A stretch of DNA of 62,484 nucleotides, the filler included, from Choristocarpus tenellus KU-1152 (taxonomy: Eukaryota; Protista; Phaeophyceae), in NCBI GenBank assembly GCA_964200185.2. It is 11 parts of 11 records of this genome, joined end to end, with 100 filler letters (N's around TTAATTAATTAA, not from the genome) between each part and the next. Parts side by side here need not be neighbours in the genome. Positions count along the whole stretch, not along the records: positions 47,388 to 52,807 come from CAXNAD020010836.1; positions 52,908 to 58,561 come from CAXNAD020010122.1; positions 58,662 to 62,484 come from CAXNAD020017723.1; 8 more parts are not named here. The stretch is one strand, 5' to 3'. A program made the position numbers and the translations under genes. Of the stretch, positions 48,547 to 60,120 are shown piece by piece (positions within the stretch are counted from its first letter, which is position 1; each line of letters starts with the position of its first letter). The notes below the pieces were generated by a model. The model was not told the origin of the DNA. It worked only from the letters and a program-made list of their open reading frames with translations, and made no database searches.

Positions 48547-51500
48547 ATTGCACAATAAATACAACAGTACTACTGTGTAGTTTATGTGAGGTAATTATGT
48601 AAGTTTTAGTATATTCCATGGTCCCTACAATATGATAGTTGGCATGAGCTAGAATCAAGTTGGAATTGTATTTTCTAGACATTTACATGGAAGACTAAGT
48701 TGGCATGGAAAATAGGTGGGGTGCTGTTGGTCTCTTGACTGTGAGTCTAGAAAGTGATCCTCACAGGAGGGCTGGTGATAACCTGCCCACGTAACACTCT
48801 TCATTGTTCATCTTGAGTTCTATGCACCAGTTATTATCTGACGTCCCCTGCCTGATTGCACATTGGTTTTTTATCTGTATTCAGGATGAGCTTGGAGCAG
48901 GGGTGGCCTTTCCTCGATTGTCGGGCCTTCATGGACAGGGTGAAAAGTCAAAGGGATGAAGAAGCTTCTTGTGATTGGTTCTTGGTCTGAAGCACTTCCA
49001 ATGGCTGCTGATAGGGGGACTACTGAGACTTGATGTGCAATACAGACCTGGACAAGGACTCTAATTTAGGGTGACTGAGCACTAGGATTGGGGTGTGTGG
49101 ATAGGGTGCGGTTCCTGTAGTAACACCCTAGGCCCCTCTGTTCTAAGCAAGGTGTTGTGGGGAAAATCATTACAACAATATAATGCGTTCCTGAAGCTCA
49201 TCCAATGTGTTGTTCATACTGTTAAAATTAAAGATAGGGCATTTGGTCATGAAGTAGATAGACTTAAATTCAGTCCCACAGCATGAAAGCACTTAGCTTA
49301 ACACTTGAGTTGCTAGACCCACTCCCAGGCAAGTCCATAGATATTATTGGATGACTACATTGTGTTCCCCCTCATGAAAGACTCTTGTATTGTGTTAGTG
49401 CACTTGTCACATAAAGATGGAAGGTAATAGTTGCTTTCTGAATTGAAGGTTCATTGCTCCCCTGGATTAGTCACTTTACCCCTGCATATGGTGTGTAAAC
49501 ACTTGATTTGTCGTACAAACTTGGAAGGCAAAAGGCATGGCATACACAGGTCACCTACTTGTCTTCTCTACTGATACTGTTGTAGTAAAATAGGTTGTTA
49601 GCCAAGATAATACACACCAATTGAGTCATCTTCGTTTGTTTCAGAAAGCTACACCCTGAACATGGAGCATCTTATCTGTTCCCATGGAGCCTGCAACAAT
49701 ACATGAGCTTGTTGGCAGCCTGATTAGCAACATCAGACTGTGAAATGAAGCCAGTCCTTAACACATCAATGAACCACTTGATCACAAAAACACAGGTTAC
49801 ACTATGCTCTTGTTAAGAGTGGTACGGTGGATGTCCTTGGTTATGCATTCCGTGGTTCATAGACATTAATATCTTCTATTTCTTGGAATGCTTGGTTTTA
49901 CTAATTCAACCAGCTAGCGTTTTTTTAGTTGTCTATGCTTGTTGTATTCCAAGTGAAGCAATGGCATATCATTCACAAGAACACACTGCTGAGGTCTATC
50001 ATAAATTACCAACCTGAGACAATACAGAGACATTCATGTGAGGGGATGTTTCTAAAAGTCTCATTAACTCTATTTTCTGGGCACTACTTCCACCACTTGT
50101 AATGCATCACTTGTTCTTCTCCTCATGCTTTTACTATCTTATCATAAAAAATACCTTGACCAAGATAGGAATTCTCTGAGATGGAAAAATATTTTGTGAC
50201 TCACAAATGAACAAAACACATGATCATTAATCAAAATATTGATATTCTACATCCAAAATGACACCTCTGAACAGAAAATCCAGTTGCTCTTGCTTGGCTG
50301 TCAGAACTAGGAAGAGTGTAGTGTTAGAGGTAAGGATGTTTATGCTTTTGAGTATATGTCAAAAATCAGCACTGAGCTCTTAGCCCAGGAATTATGCTCT
50401 ACATGCAAGCCGGCCTTTTAAATCACCTGCCACATCACAGCATTGACAGGTTCAGTGGATGCTAAGGCCCCTGCTTCCTCACATCCAATCTCTATCCACC
50501 TTCTTGTGACCACAGTCAAATCATGCAACAATCAAAGTGGCCTGCATTTAACCCTTTCACACCAACCTCCTGGCTATAATATATACCTTTGCCAGCTACT
50601 GCCAGGATCTACCGATCAAATGAAGCAGCCAAACTGTGACACCCTTTAATCAACCACAACCAAGTCCTTTGAAGGGCAGATATGTAAAGCTGCACGATAC
50701 ACTCCTTTCAAGACTTGGACATGGTACTAGCAGCACCTCCATAAAATACACTCCAGACAAGATCAATCATTAAAAAAGGCCCTTCTCTTGTGGAATTATA
50801 CCTGTCGTCTCCTCAATTTTGAGCAACTTCTGTAAACCAATTCCAAAAGGTAACTAATGCAATATGGAGCTAATACTCCACATAGTACATGTGATGAAGT
50901 TGGTTAATACTGTTTACCCACCCCATCCCACCTCAGCCTTACTTGCTGTCATTCAACACCGCAGATATATTCCCACATTCTGATTTTCTGTGCCCCTCTA
51001 CCTACTCACCAGTCACCACAATTGCTCCCTCACCACTGGCTTCCATTCCCACAACTTGGGACACACATTCAAGGTACAACAGTGTGTAGTACCAATGTAT
51101 TCTAAAATCACCACCCATACCGCCCCCTCTCTCTTGACCGCGAGCGCCTGTATCTGTCAAAACCATTGCCATTCCTGTATCGCCCCCCACCCCCTCTACA
51201 TGAAGTTTTGGAGTGCAATGAGTGTTAGGATACCAATGGCGTAAGAGGGTAGGGGTAAGTGGTGACTTGTCTGGTTGACTCAATGCCTGCATAACCTGCA
51301 GGCTCAGTGGTGTTCCGTCCTCTAGCATACAACAGCCCATCAGCTCAAGTACAATGTTGCACAAGGTGGAGAGTCAATGAATGAAAAGCTGATCATTCAG
51401 AGCCAATCGGCAGGCGAGGTCAGGGAACGGCTACATTACATCATTTATAGTCCCGAAAAAGTCCACCAAAGAGGTATCAAACCTGCTAAAAAAAAGCACA

Positions 51501-51547
51501 AACTGATCACTGGCCCTGAATCATTGTTCCCGAAAAACGAGCTATAC

Positions 51548-52702
51548 CTGAAGCTGTCCCTGTCTCGTGAATCTCTGCCTCTGTCTCTGTCACGGCCATC
51601 CCTACCCCTGCCCCAACCCCTGTCTCGACTCCTATCCCGGTCCCGGTCCCTACTTTGTTCCCTGCTCCGGTCCCTGTTCTGGTCTCGATCCCTGCTTCGT
51701 TCCCTGCTCCGGTCCTGGTCCCTGTCTCGGGCACTTCCCCGATCCTTGCCTCTGCTATCTCTATCCCTTTCTGTTCCACGCTCATTGGCTTTCCTAGCAT
51801 AGGCACTATTGTGTTACAGAGAATAAAAAACAGATTACAAAAAAACTGGGCATCATCAATACCTCGTAAGATCAGAGGTTATCGGGCTTGAGACACACAA
51901 ACTAGGCGATTGAGCATCTTTGAGGACAACAGCAGGGAGACGGGGTGGACACCTACTCGTGTGCATGTCTCATTTGTTCAGAGTTCTCTCTTCACGTGGT
52001 TTGGCAGTGAGTAAGCAGAATCTTATCAGGGTTTGTATGTGAGATGAACATCACACGTTATGTTTCAAAATTTGTTGCGAGATGGGAACGACAGGCACGC
52101 AGCCTCAACCGTCAAGTACACCACAAATGAAAGGCAGCCAAGGACCAAACAATTGAAAACATATCAAGGGCCAATCAAGCAAGAACAAAGGAAAACTTGT
52201 TTCAAACAAAAACACACACAGCCTGCATAAATGCAATTTACACAGACCCATACACCACACCTCTCAACCACAAACAGTGAGTACACTGTGTCGCAACCCT
52301 CACAAAATTTCCAATCACTAAGGGGTACTCCAGAGAGAAATTTAGGCCAGGAATGAAACCCCCCCCCATAATGAGCAAGGAACGCTTGGCCTAAATCCCC
52401 AATCATCAATATACACCCCGCCTTCCTGCATACAGGAGATCTTCAAAACAAACCCTTTGTCCGTGACACACACAACAAAAGCTACTTCACCTGCAACACA
52501 CACATAACTGTTACACATATGCACAAGCATCTCCTCCTATATGCACACACACAACTACCCACCGGGCTGGAGCTCTATCACATATTTCTTTGAGCTCCTT
52601 CAGTTTGTCCCTGCATGCCCTCCAGCCTAGATACTGCTTGCCTTGAAAGTGGCACCTAATACGTTCCTCATTTTCAGCAGTAGAAAGTATATTGCCTGCA
52701 AC
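51548..52702 (-). CDS. LUC7: LUC7-like U1 snRNP splicing factor, exons 52702-52563 and 51805-51548 (partial)
   Basis: VAGNILSTAENEERIRCHFQGKQYLGWRACRDKLKELKE aligns with LUC7 ZnF2 VCGA.L...D...R.adHf.GK.HlG...IR.kl.EL and splices in phase 2 to an RD/RS-rich exon. Confidence 0.85.
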
Positions 52703-52942
52703 CTGTTTTCAAGATCATGTGTTCGGGGGGGGGGGGGGGGGGGGGGGCGGGGGGGGGAAAAAAAGAAGGGAAAAAAATCTAAGCTATATTTTATGCACAA
52801 GAAAAAANNNNNNNNNNNNNNNNNNNNNNNNNNNNNNNNNNNNNNNNNNNNTTAATTAATTAANNNNNNNNNNNNNNNNNNNNNNNNNNNNNNNNNNNNN
52901 NNNNNNNGCGTGGGGGGGGGGGGGGGGGGGTGGTGTGTTTTG

Positions 52943-52978
<36 letters not shown>

Positions 52979-53858
52979 CTTTGTTAGGGTTGGGGCAGCG
53001 GTTAGGCATTTCTATTGCACTGCCTCTTAAAATGTTTTTTGAGTGTGCAATTAATTTTTTTTTAGATATCTGAAGCACCTACAATGGTTGTGACTCTTGT
53101 GTTTTGAACATTTTTTTTATTGTTTGTTCACACTCCTTGTACTTTCTGGTAGTAATACCTTTGAGAGTAGCTCCGGATAGTGCAGTACTTCCCTCTGTCC
53201 AACGTCAGTTTGAATACCTTTTAGGGGTAGGGGTGGTTTGTATAACCACTTTATTGGGGAGGCGTTTCTTGCAGTTTTGCAGCAGGCGGTGTAGAATAGA
53301 TAGACTACGTCGGATATTGGTAAATTTTAGGGTATACCTACCTCATGGTGGGCTTTTGTAAGACCCCCTCAAATAATAATAGAAATGTGATACCATCTTG
53401 TGCATTTAATAGCCCATCCTTGCCATCTGTTTGAAGTGTTCCGGGTTGGGTCACAACTGGAGTCCTTCAATTTCTTTTTTTTTGTAAAGGACAGGACATT
53501 TACAATACTAGTATTATTATTATTATTATTGGGGTACTACTTCAGAGTAGGGGTTCACTGTAATTTGGACATAAACGTTATGGGCTAGTATTGTGCTGTA
53601 GCGCTGGAGATGGACATAAAAGTTGAATATTTTTTGTGATGGGAGTTTGTTGATGGAATATATCTTTTTAGTATTTCAAGAGGTTGATTCTTGCTTATTT
53701 GTTTTTAGATGGATGTGCTTCAAAAAAAAAAAAAATCTGGCTCCACTTCCTGACATACACACACACACTATCTCTCTCTCTCTCTCCTCTTCTTGTGTGT
53801 GTGTGTGTATGTATGGCGTGTATGCTGTTGCTGTGTTTCATTCTCATTGCAATCACAG

Positions 53859-56800
53859 GCGGAGGTGGCCCACAAAGAGGGTAGGAAGGACGCTGCCGAA
53901 GAGGAGCGATTTGAATTGCGCTGTGTCATGGCTGTCATCCGTCATGGAGATAGAACCCCAAAGCAGGTACAGAACTAACCAGTACCACAATGCAATTGCA
54001 AAACTGATACCCCATAGCAGTTGCAGGACTAGGACCCCAATCAGGTACAGGACTGGTATTAGACCATGTACTGTGTACTGTGTACTGTGTACTGTGTACT
54101 GTGTACTGTGTACTGTGTACTGTGTACTGTGTACTGTGTACTGTGTACTGTGTACTGTGTACTGTGTACTGTGTACTGTGTACTGTGTACTGTGTACTAT
54201 ATACTATGTAGGTTGTACATTGTACTATGTACTGTAATCGCCATTGCAATGGTGGTTGCTGTCTGTCAGTAGCGTTCCGTTTGGGATTCATTTGATCGAC
54301 TTTTGTGGAAAGTTTGAATGGGTTGGGACTATAGTGTACACATAGTGTACATTTGGCATTAATAATATGTGTGTGTGTGTGTTATTATGTACCAAGTCCT
54401 CAGGAAAATTTTAGCCCCATTGGACTAAAACTTTGGTTGGGTTAGGGTTAGGGTTAGGGTTGCACCTTCCATGAGATGCGATGAAATCTTTTGGGTGTGT
54501 ATGTCCACTTCCATGGGTTTTGTATTGCTTGGAGAGGCAGGCTTTTTCCCTTCAATGATACTTCAATAGAGAAACTTGAAAATGCTTTGAATACCCGCTA
54601 TCTAATCCTAACCCTAATCCTAAGTTCTATTCTTATGTTTCTGTATGGCGCCTCCTATCTTAGCTGGATTAGGTGTTGATGTAATATACCTCCAAAGCTT
54701 ACACCATTGGCTCATCGATACCATCCCACTAAGTGGCATTTTAGCAAGATCAACCCCTTCAATTTTTCTCAAATATCAATCCAACGATGGCTATGAGGAC
54801 CATTTCCTGACCAAAAGTTAAGCCCCGACCGCTTTTACCTCCCCCTATCTGTGTTGCTTTTTGCTCCCCTGTTCGACCTGTACTATGTATACTACTACAA
54901 CAATAATAACATGGGTGTGCTCTTACTACTAGCCTACCACTACTACAATAATAACAAGATCTTGTTTTGTTTTGAGAGTTGAATGTATTTCACATCCCTG
55001 CGCAGTACCCCCTCACAGTATACTTCAATGAGCGGCGAATGGCATCACTTAACTACGAACCGGCTATTCTTAGCATTAGCCCATGTGTTTTTGTTGTTGT
55101 TTTTTTTATGACCATCGTGGTGGAGTTGGTCCTTATCACGCTCTGTACGGTTTTGACAGTTACGTTTTTGTTGGTAATATTATATTCGGTACATTACATT
55201 TTTTGCATGTGCTATTGATGCCTGTGTCATGTAACATGCACACCTTAGTAGTAGTAGTTAGGGTTAGGGTTAGGGTGGAATGTTGATGCAGTAGACTCTT
55301 AATTGCTGGCGCTTTTTGTAAGGGTGAAGTTGGTGAATGTATGTTATTAATACTGTTGGCGTGAGGGCTATTATTTATTTCGTTGTTACAAGTCTAATTA
55401 TCATTAATTGTAATAGGATAAAATAGTTATCATTCATCGCAATAGGATAAATCACTGATTTCACTATACATAATATGTGCGATTAATGCGCCCCTTCGAC
55501 GGAGTATGAATTTAGTATCATGTAGTTATGTAGTACATATTGGTCCTGTTTACTTCCTCCTCTTGGGTCAAAGTATCTGGGGGGAGGGGGGGGGGGGTCG
55601 GCGTCCGTTTTTCGCCCTTTTTTCGATTTTCACCGTTTTTTGGTGTAATTTGGTCACACGTGTCGGATTTGAAATGACAGCAAAAAAAAGACTTGTTTGA
55701 CCGAAATGGACGCCCCCTCACAACCCACCCCACCACCCCACCACCCCAGATACTTCGACCCTCTTGAGATTATACTTGGTTGTCACTGTGCTCTCTCAAA
55801 TGCATACACGTATACGTATCCATGAATTGTGTTTCATACTTCCAGAAAATGAAGATGCAGGTTAGTGCAGAGCCTTACCTTGGGTTCTTCAAGAAACATT
55901 CTGCCGGGCCGAGGAAGGACCTGAAGATCAAGCAAAAGGCACACCTGAAGGAGTTCTTGGTGGTGACCAAAGAGGTCCTCAAGGTGAGACTGAAGACGGG
56001 TGAGACGGGTGTGTCGGCGAGCGGCGTCGATGGTGTGTGGATATATTTGTAAGCAGGGTGGAGAGAGAGGTTTTGTCACCTGAGTCTGTTTGCGTATATA
56101 TTTTACTCTTATTTTATTTTGTTTTGTTTTGTTTTATGGCTTGATGCTCTCTCTCTCTCTCTCTCTCTCGCTCTCTCTGGGGTATCAGATTAACTGACTG
56201 TCTGTTGCCTTGAACCGAACAGGGGGAAGGCATTTTGTTTTGCATGTCTGTGATGTAGGTTTTGCACGCTATGAAAAATACTGTGGGTTGCTTTTATGTG
56301 TCTAGGAAAGAAACTAACCCTAACCCTAACCCTAAGGAGATTTTCGGGGCATAGGGGCTAAAGAAAGTTGTAGGTAACACTGCTGATTGATTTTTGGTCT
56401 GGTGCCTGCTTCTATTGTGTTTATTTTTTCTTTGTGTAGTGTGAAGGTTTTGGTATTATTAATGAGGCGGCGGTGATTAGAGTAAGGTGGAAAATAGTTG
56501 CTACTCGGGGCGGGTTCCGATTTTTTTTTTTTATAATAGTGATTTATTTATTTTTTTAAGAGGTTGCAAAGGTTTCGGTAGTGAGTTGTTGGGATAGGTC
56601 AAGGTGGATTGCACCACGCCTGTAGGTGAGACTTCAACTTTGGAGTGTGTCAAAGTCAGGGTTGAGGCTAATGACAACTTGCTGTCCTTTTGAATTGCGG
56701 CTTAGGCACAACGTCGCTCATAGCATACACGCATGCAGTATGAGATTGTTGTTGCATACACAGGACAAAATATTTGTATCAAGTGCCAAGTATATTGTTA

Positions 56801-57392
56801 TACATGCTTTCAAGTATTTCATGCGGTTGAGGGAAGAATCCAAAGCTCGTCTTCGGGGATGGACTTGCTCCCATCCAGCAAGCATGTACTTCTCTCATCC
56901 CTAACCCTTGAAGCTTGCACCGCCACGCTTGAATCTCGAAACACTGACCCTAACCCTAACCCTAAAATTAACTCACTAAAAGTAATAAAGAAAAAAATAG
57001 AAGAAAAGTGAAAAAAAAAGAAAAAAAGTCCAATCGTATCTCCCGTACCTTTTTTTTTTTGTCCAAAGGTATGTAACGCTTTCGAGACCGAACCCGACCA
57101 AACTCGAGATCAATGCAAGGCACACCTCATTCAGTCATTCATTCATTCATTTTGTCCCCAGGGTATGGGGATCCACGTGGACATCACTCCAAATGAGACG
57201 GATAGTGGGTCCTCTACACCTTTGACCTCCCCTGGTGCAGGTATGACACCTCCTGCTCTGGCTTCTGCAACATCAACAGTGACATCCCCCACAGCCCAGA
57301 CATCCGTCACCAGTGACATCAAAGGAGGTGCCTCTGTGCCTGCCGGGGATGGGTTGATGTCGCCCACAGAGCACATGAGCAAGCTGATGCAG
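53859..57392 (+). CDS. VIP1: Inositol pyrophosphate kinase/phosphatase VIP1/PPIP5K, internal exons 53859-53966, 55846-55983, 57162-57392
   Basis: ELRCVMAVIRHGDRTPKQ|KMKMQV...KDLKIK...LKEFL...|...KLMQ: start of the PPIP5K histidine-phosphatase-like domain; all junctions phase 0. Confidence 0.92.
54067..54197. repeat. (TGTACTG)n heptamer microsatellite, intronic
   Basis: About 18 perfect units. Confidence 0.97.
54439..54461. repeat. Interstitial (TTAGGG)n tract; similar short tracts near 2346, 55258, 56314, 56948, 57446
   Basis: Two to four telomere-type units at each site. Confidence 0.8.
55565..55761. mobile_element. MITE subfamily A variant in a VIP1 intron, TSD TCTT
   Basis: TCTT|GGGTCAAAGTATCTGGG...CCCCAGATACTTCGACCC|TCTT. 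Confidence 0.85.
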
Positions 57393-58474
57393 GTTTGAAG
57401 TTGGGCACAGGCATTGTCTGTGACGTTGGGAATTGGGGCTATACAGGTTAGGGTTAGGGTTAGGGAAGTATGGGATGTGGAAATGGATGGGGTCGGCAGA
57501 ACAGTACGACTGACTAACTAACTAACTAACTAAGAGCGAAAGTAGGTGATGGCGGCATGAGGTGTTGACTACTATACCACCATCAGTATATGTCTATTGG
57601 AAGTGTCGCCTGTAACATCATGCCACTCCGTTGATTTTCTCGTGTGTGGATGGAGGGAATATCTCTGATTCGTCCTCCAAAATAGATAGAAATAGATCAA
57701 AATCGATGCACTTGTCCTTTTTTTTCGCAGGCTCTATTTACTCCCTTGGCTCAGGGTTGTTGCTTGTAGTGTGACTGGAATGGGGTAGGGGTGAGGTTTA
57801 ACTAGCCGTTACCCTTCTTTTTTTTAGTGAAATTAATTCATTGTTCGGTGGGGTAGATAATATGCTTGAATGACGCAAATTGAGGAGATGGAATTTGACG
57901 TGCATCCTCCTATTGGCCGAGCGCGGTTCATGCGCGAATGCTATTGGCTCACTTAATTGAAATGTGCTGTTCTATTGGATTAGATCCGTCTATTGGATGA
58001 TGGTATGCCATGCTACTGGACGCCATGATAATTAATATCTGCTGCATTCATTCGTTCTATTTCCTCCCTCCATCGCCATCAGTACTTGAACTGCTTTATT
58101 TATTTTATTTATTTATTTTTATTTGGTTGTAAAACACGCCTGATGGTACAATCAGGATTTTTTTAATCTTTGTGGAGTTTTCTCCCGAAAAAACCCACTT
58201 GCAAGGTTTTGCCCTAACCCTACCGCCAATACCAACCAATATCCAATAGCCAATCCCTATTCTATGCCGACTGCTGCTGACTGATCCACAAGAAACGCCT
58301 TCTCAATGTTTATTATCGTCCACAAGAACCGTTTCAAACTGTTGCCGAATGGAGTGAAACCATTGGCTAATGTCATTCTGATTAATCCGCTCTTAATCTC
58401 TATTGGCTAATGCCTTTCGATGCTCTGCTCTTCTTGCAATGATGATGATTGATCAATCAACATTAAGTTGTCCT

Positions 58475-58520
<46 letters not shown>

Positions 58521-59812
58521 CCCCCCCCCCCCGCCCGGCCGCCGTGCGACCGGACGTGGAGNNNNNNNNNNNNNNNNNNNNNNNNNNNNNNNNNNNNNNN
58601 NNNNNTTAATTAATTAANNNNNNNNNNNNNNNNNNNNNNNNNNNNNNNNNNNNNNNNNNNNCCATACGTCAATGAACCAAGCCCGGAAGGCCAGTCCCAC
58701 ACAGTAACGTGCAGGGATACATCTATGCTTAGTATCCTCCATTAGCAGAATGCATTCTTCATGTGTGTCTGTGTTTGCCATCATTGCTCTAAGTCATATC
58801 AATTGAGGATGCAGGCAGGTTTGGACCCTTCTGCATTCCAAGATAACGTTGTACCTGATAGCTGATACATGATTTTTTAACAGAGAGTTCTGTTGAAACT
58901 GATATCTGATAGTTGATCCAAGTAAGTTATTCTGTATGTGATCCACGTAGGTATCATCACACCTCTCAAGGCTGATTCCTCCTCGTCTAATCACATTTTG
59001 GAGTCAAGAATGTTTAATCCTGGTGAGGACCTCTTACCACTCGGTGATATAATATTAGTAATATTAATTGTAACAGTAGTAGTAATGGAAATAAAAGTAA
59101 TATTTGATATAGTAATAACAGCAACAATAATAGTAATAGTAATGATTGTATGTGACAGATCCTCTTGGTTGAGGACTCCACTTATCTATTTGAAGATTGA
59201 CGTTAGGTGATTCTACTGGTATGTATGACTGCAATCCTTTCCTTTGACAGATTGCCCATGTTTGACAACATCTACAACTTGGATGGTGTACCAGTGGGCA
59301 CTGTTCAGTGATTGGTGGGTCACTGAACTCATTGATGAAGAGAAGAAAGGAGAAGAGACATCACCTCAGACTACTCAGATGGCAAGGCGCCTGGATTGGA
59401 CAACCTCCTCTAATCAGTTGGTGCCGAGGCTTCACCCTTTGCACACTTAATCCTTATGAGCCCTTCATGCACAATTTCTATTGGGAATGACAGAGGTGAG
59501 AGGCAAGGGTGGGTGTGGTGGGTATATGGAGAGAGTGTTTTGGGTCCAATCTATGATGAAATGTGCTCTTTGGAGTTGAAGTGCCTTGCTTCTCTCCTTC
59601 TTACTTTGTCTCTGTATCTTTGAAGCCCTATCTTTTAACCTTTTGTACCTTGGGGAAAGACTATACTGTAGTGTAGGTGTAGTTTGTAAAGGTAATGTTA
59701 TGTAACACTGGAGAGATTTGCTAGACTTCCAACAATCACTTCTTTCCTTTTTAGAGGGGGGGGGGGGAGGGTTAATTAACTATTTTTTTGTATTCAAGTT
59801 ATTGATAGGTAT

Positions 59813-60120
59813 CAATGAGGTGGCACTGTCTAGATGTGTCATGCGTTTTAAGCTAGAGTCACTAGGGAGATGGGCACGGAGGGGTTTATTTTGGATTCTT
59901 GGGATGCCTCCCTAGCTCTTTCCCCCAGGGCACTGGAGTAGGTAGATTGGAAGTACAGGAAGGTAGTAGTACAATATTGACAGTGGTGAAGTAAGAAATG
60001 GATTAGTGTTTTCACATTTAATATATTGTATTTCCGTAGGGCTTATACTGACAAGTATGGTTTTCATTTGTTTTCCCCCTGACACATGTAGAAAATGTCA
60101 GAGGGCATAATAATAAAATA
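59813..60120 (+). mobile_element. 3' end of the CRE-like element (last ORF codons + 3' UTR + tail)
   Basis: VALSRCVMRFKLESLGRWA matches VVLSRRGMRFKLEAQGRWA at 15342-15398, followed by the shared UTR, stem-loop and ATAATAATAAAA. Confidence 0.8.

Noticed and set aside
51377-51891. Plus-strand SRSL/PGP repeat ORFs and the minus-strand GTG ORF
   Set aside because: Alternative frames of the RD-rich LUC7 exon.
53623-54291. Cys-rich CTVYCVL repeat ORFs
   Set aside because: Read-through of the (TGTACTG)n microsatellite in a VIP1 intron.
58950-59450. Plus-strand exons near 58950-59380
   Set aside because: Splice-like sites exist, but no single convincing frame or recognisable product.
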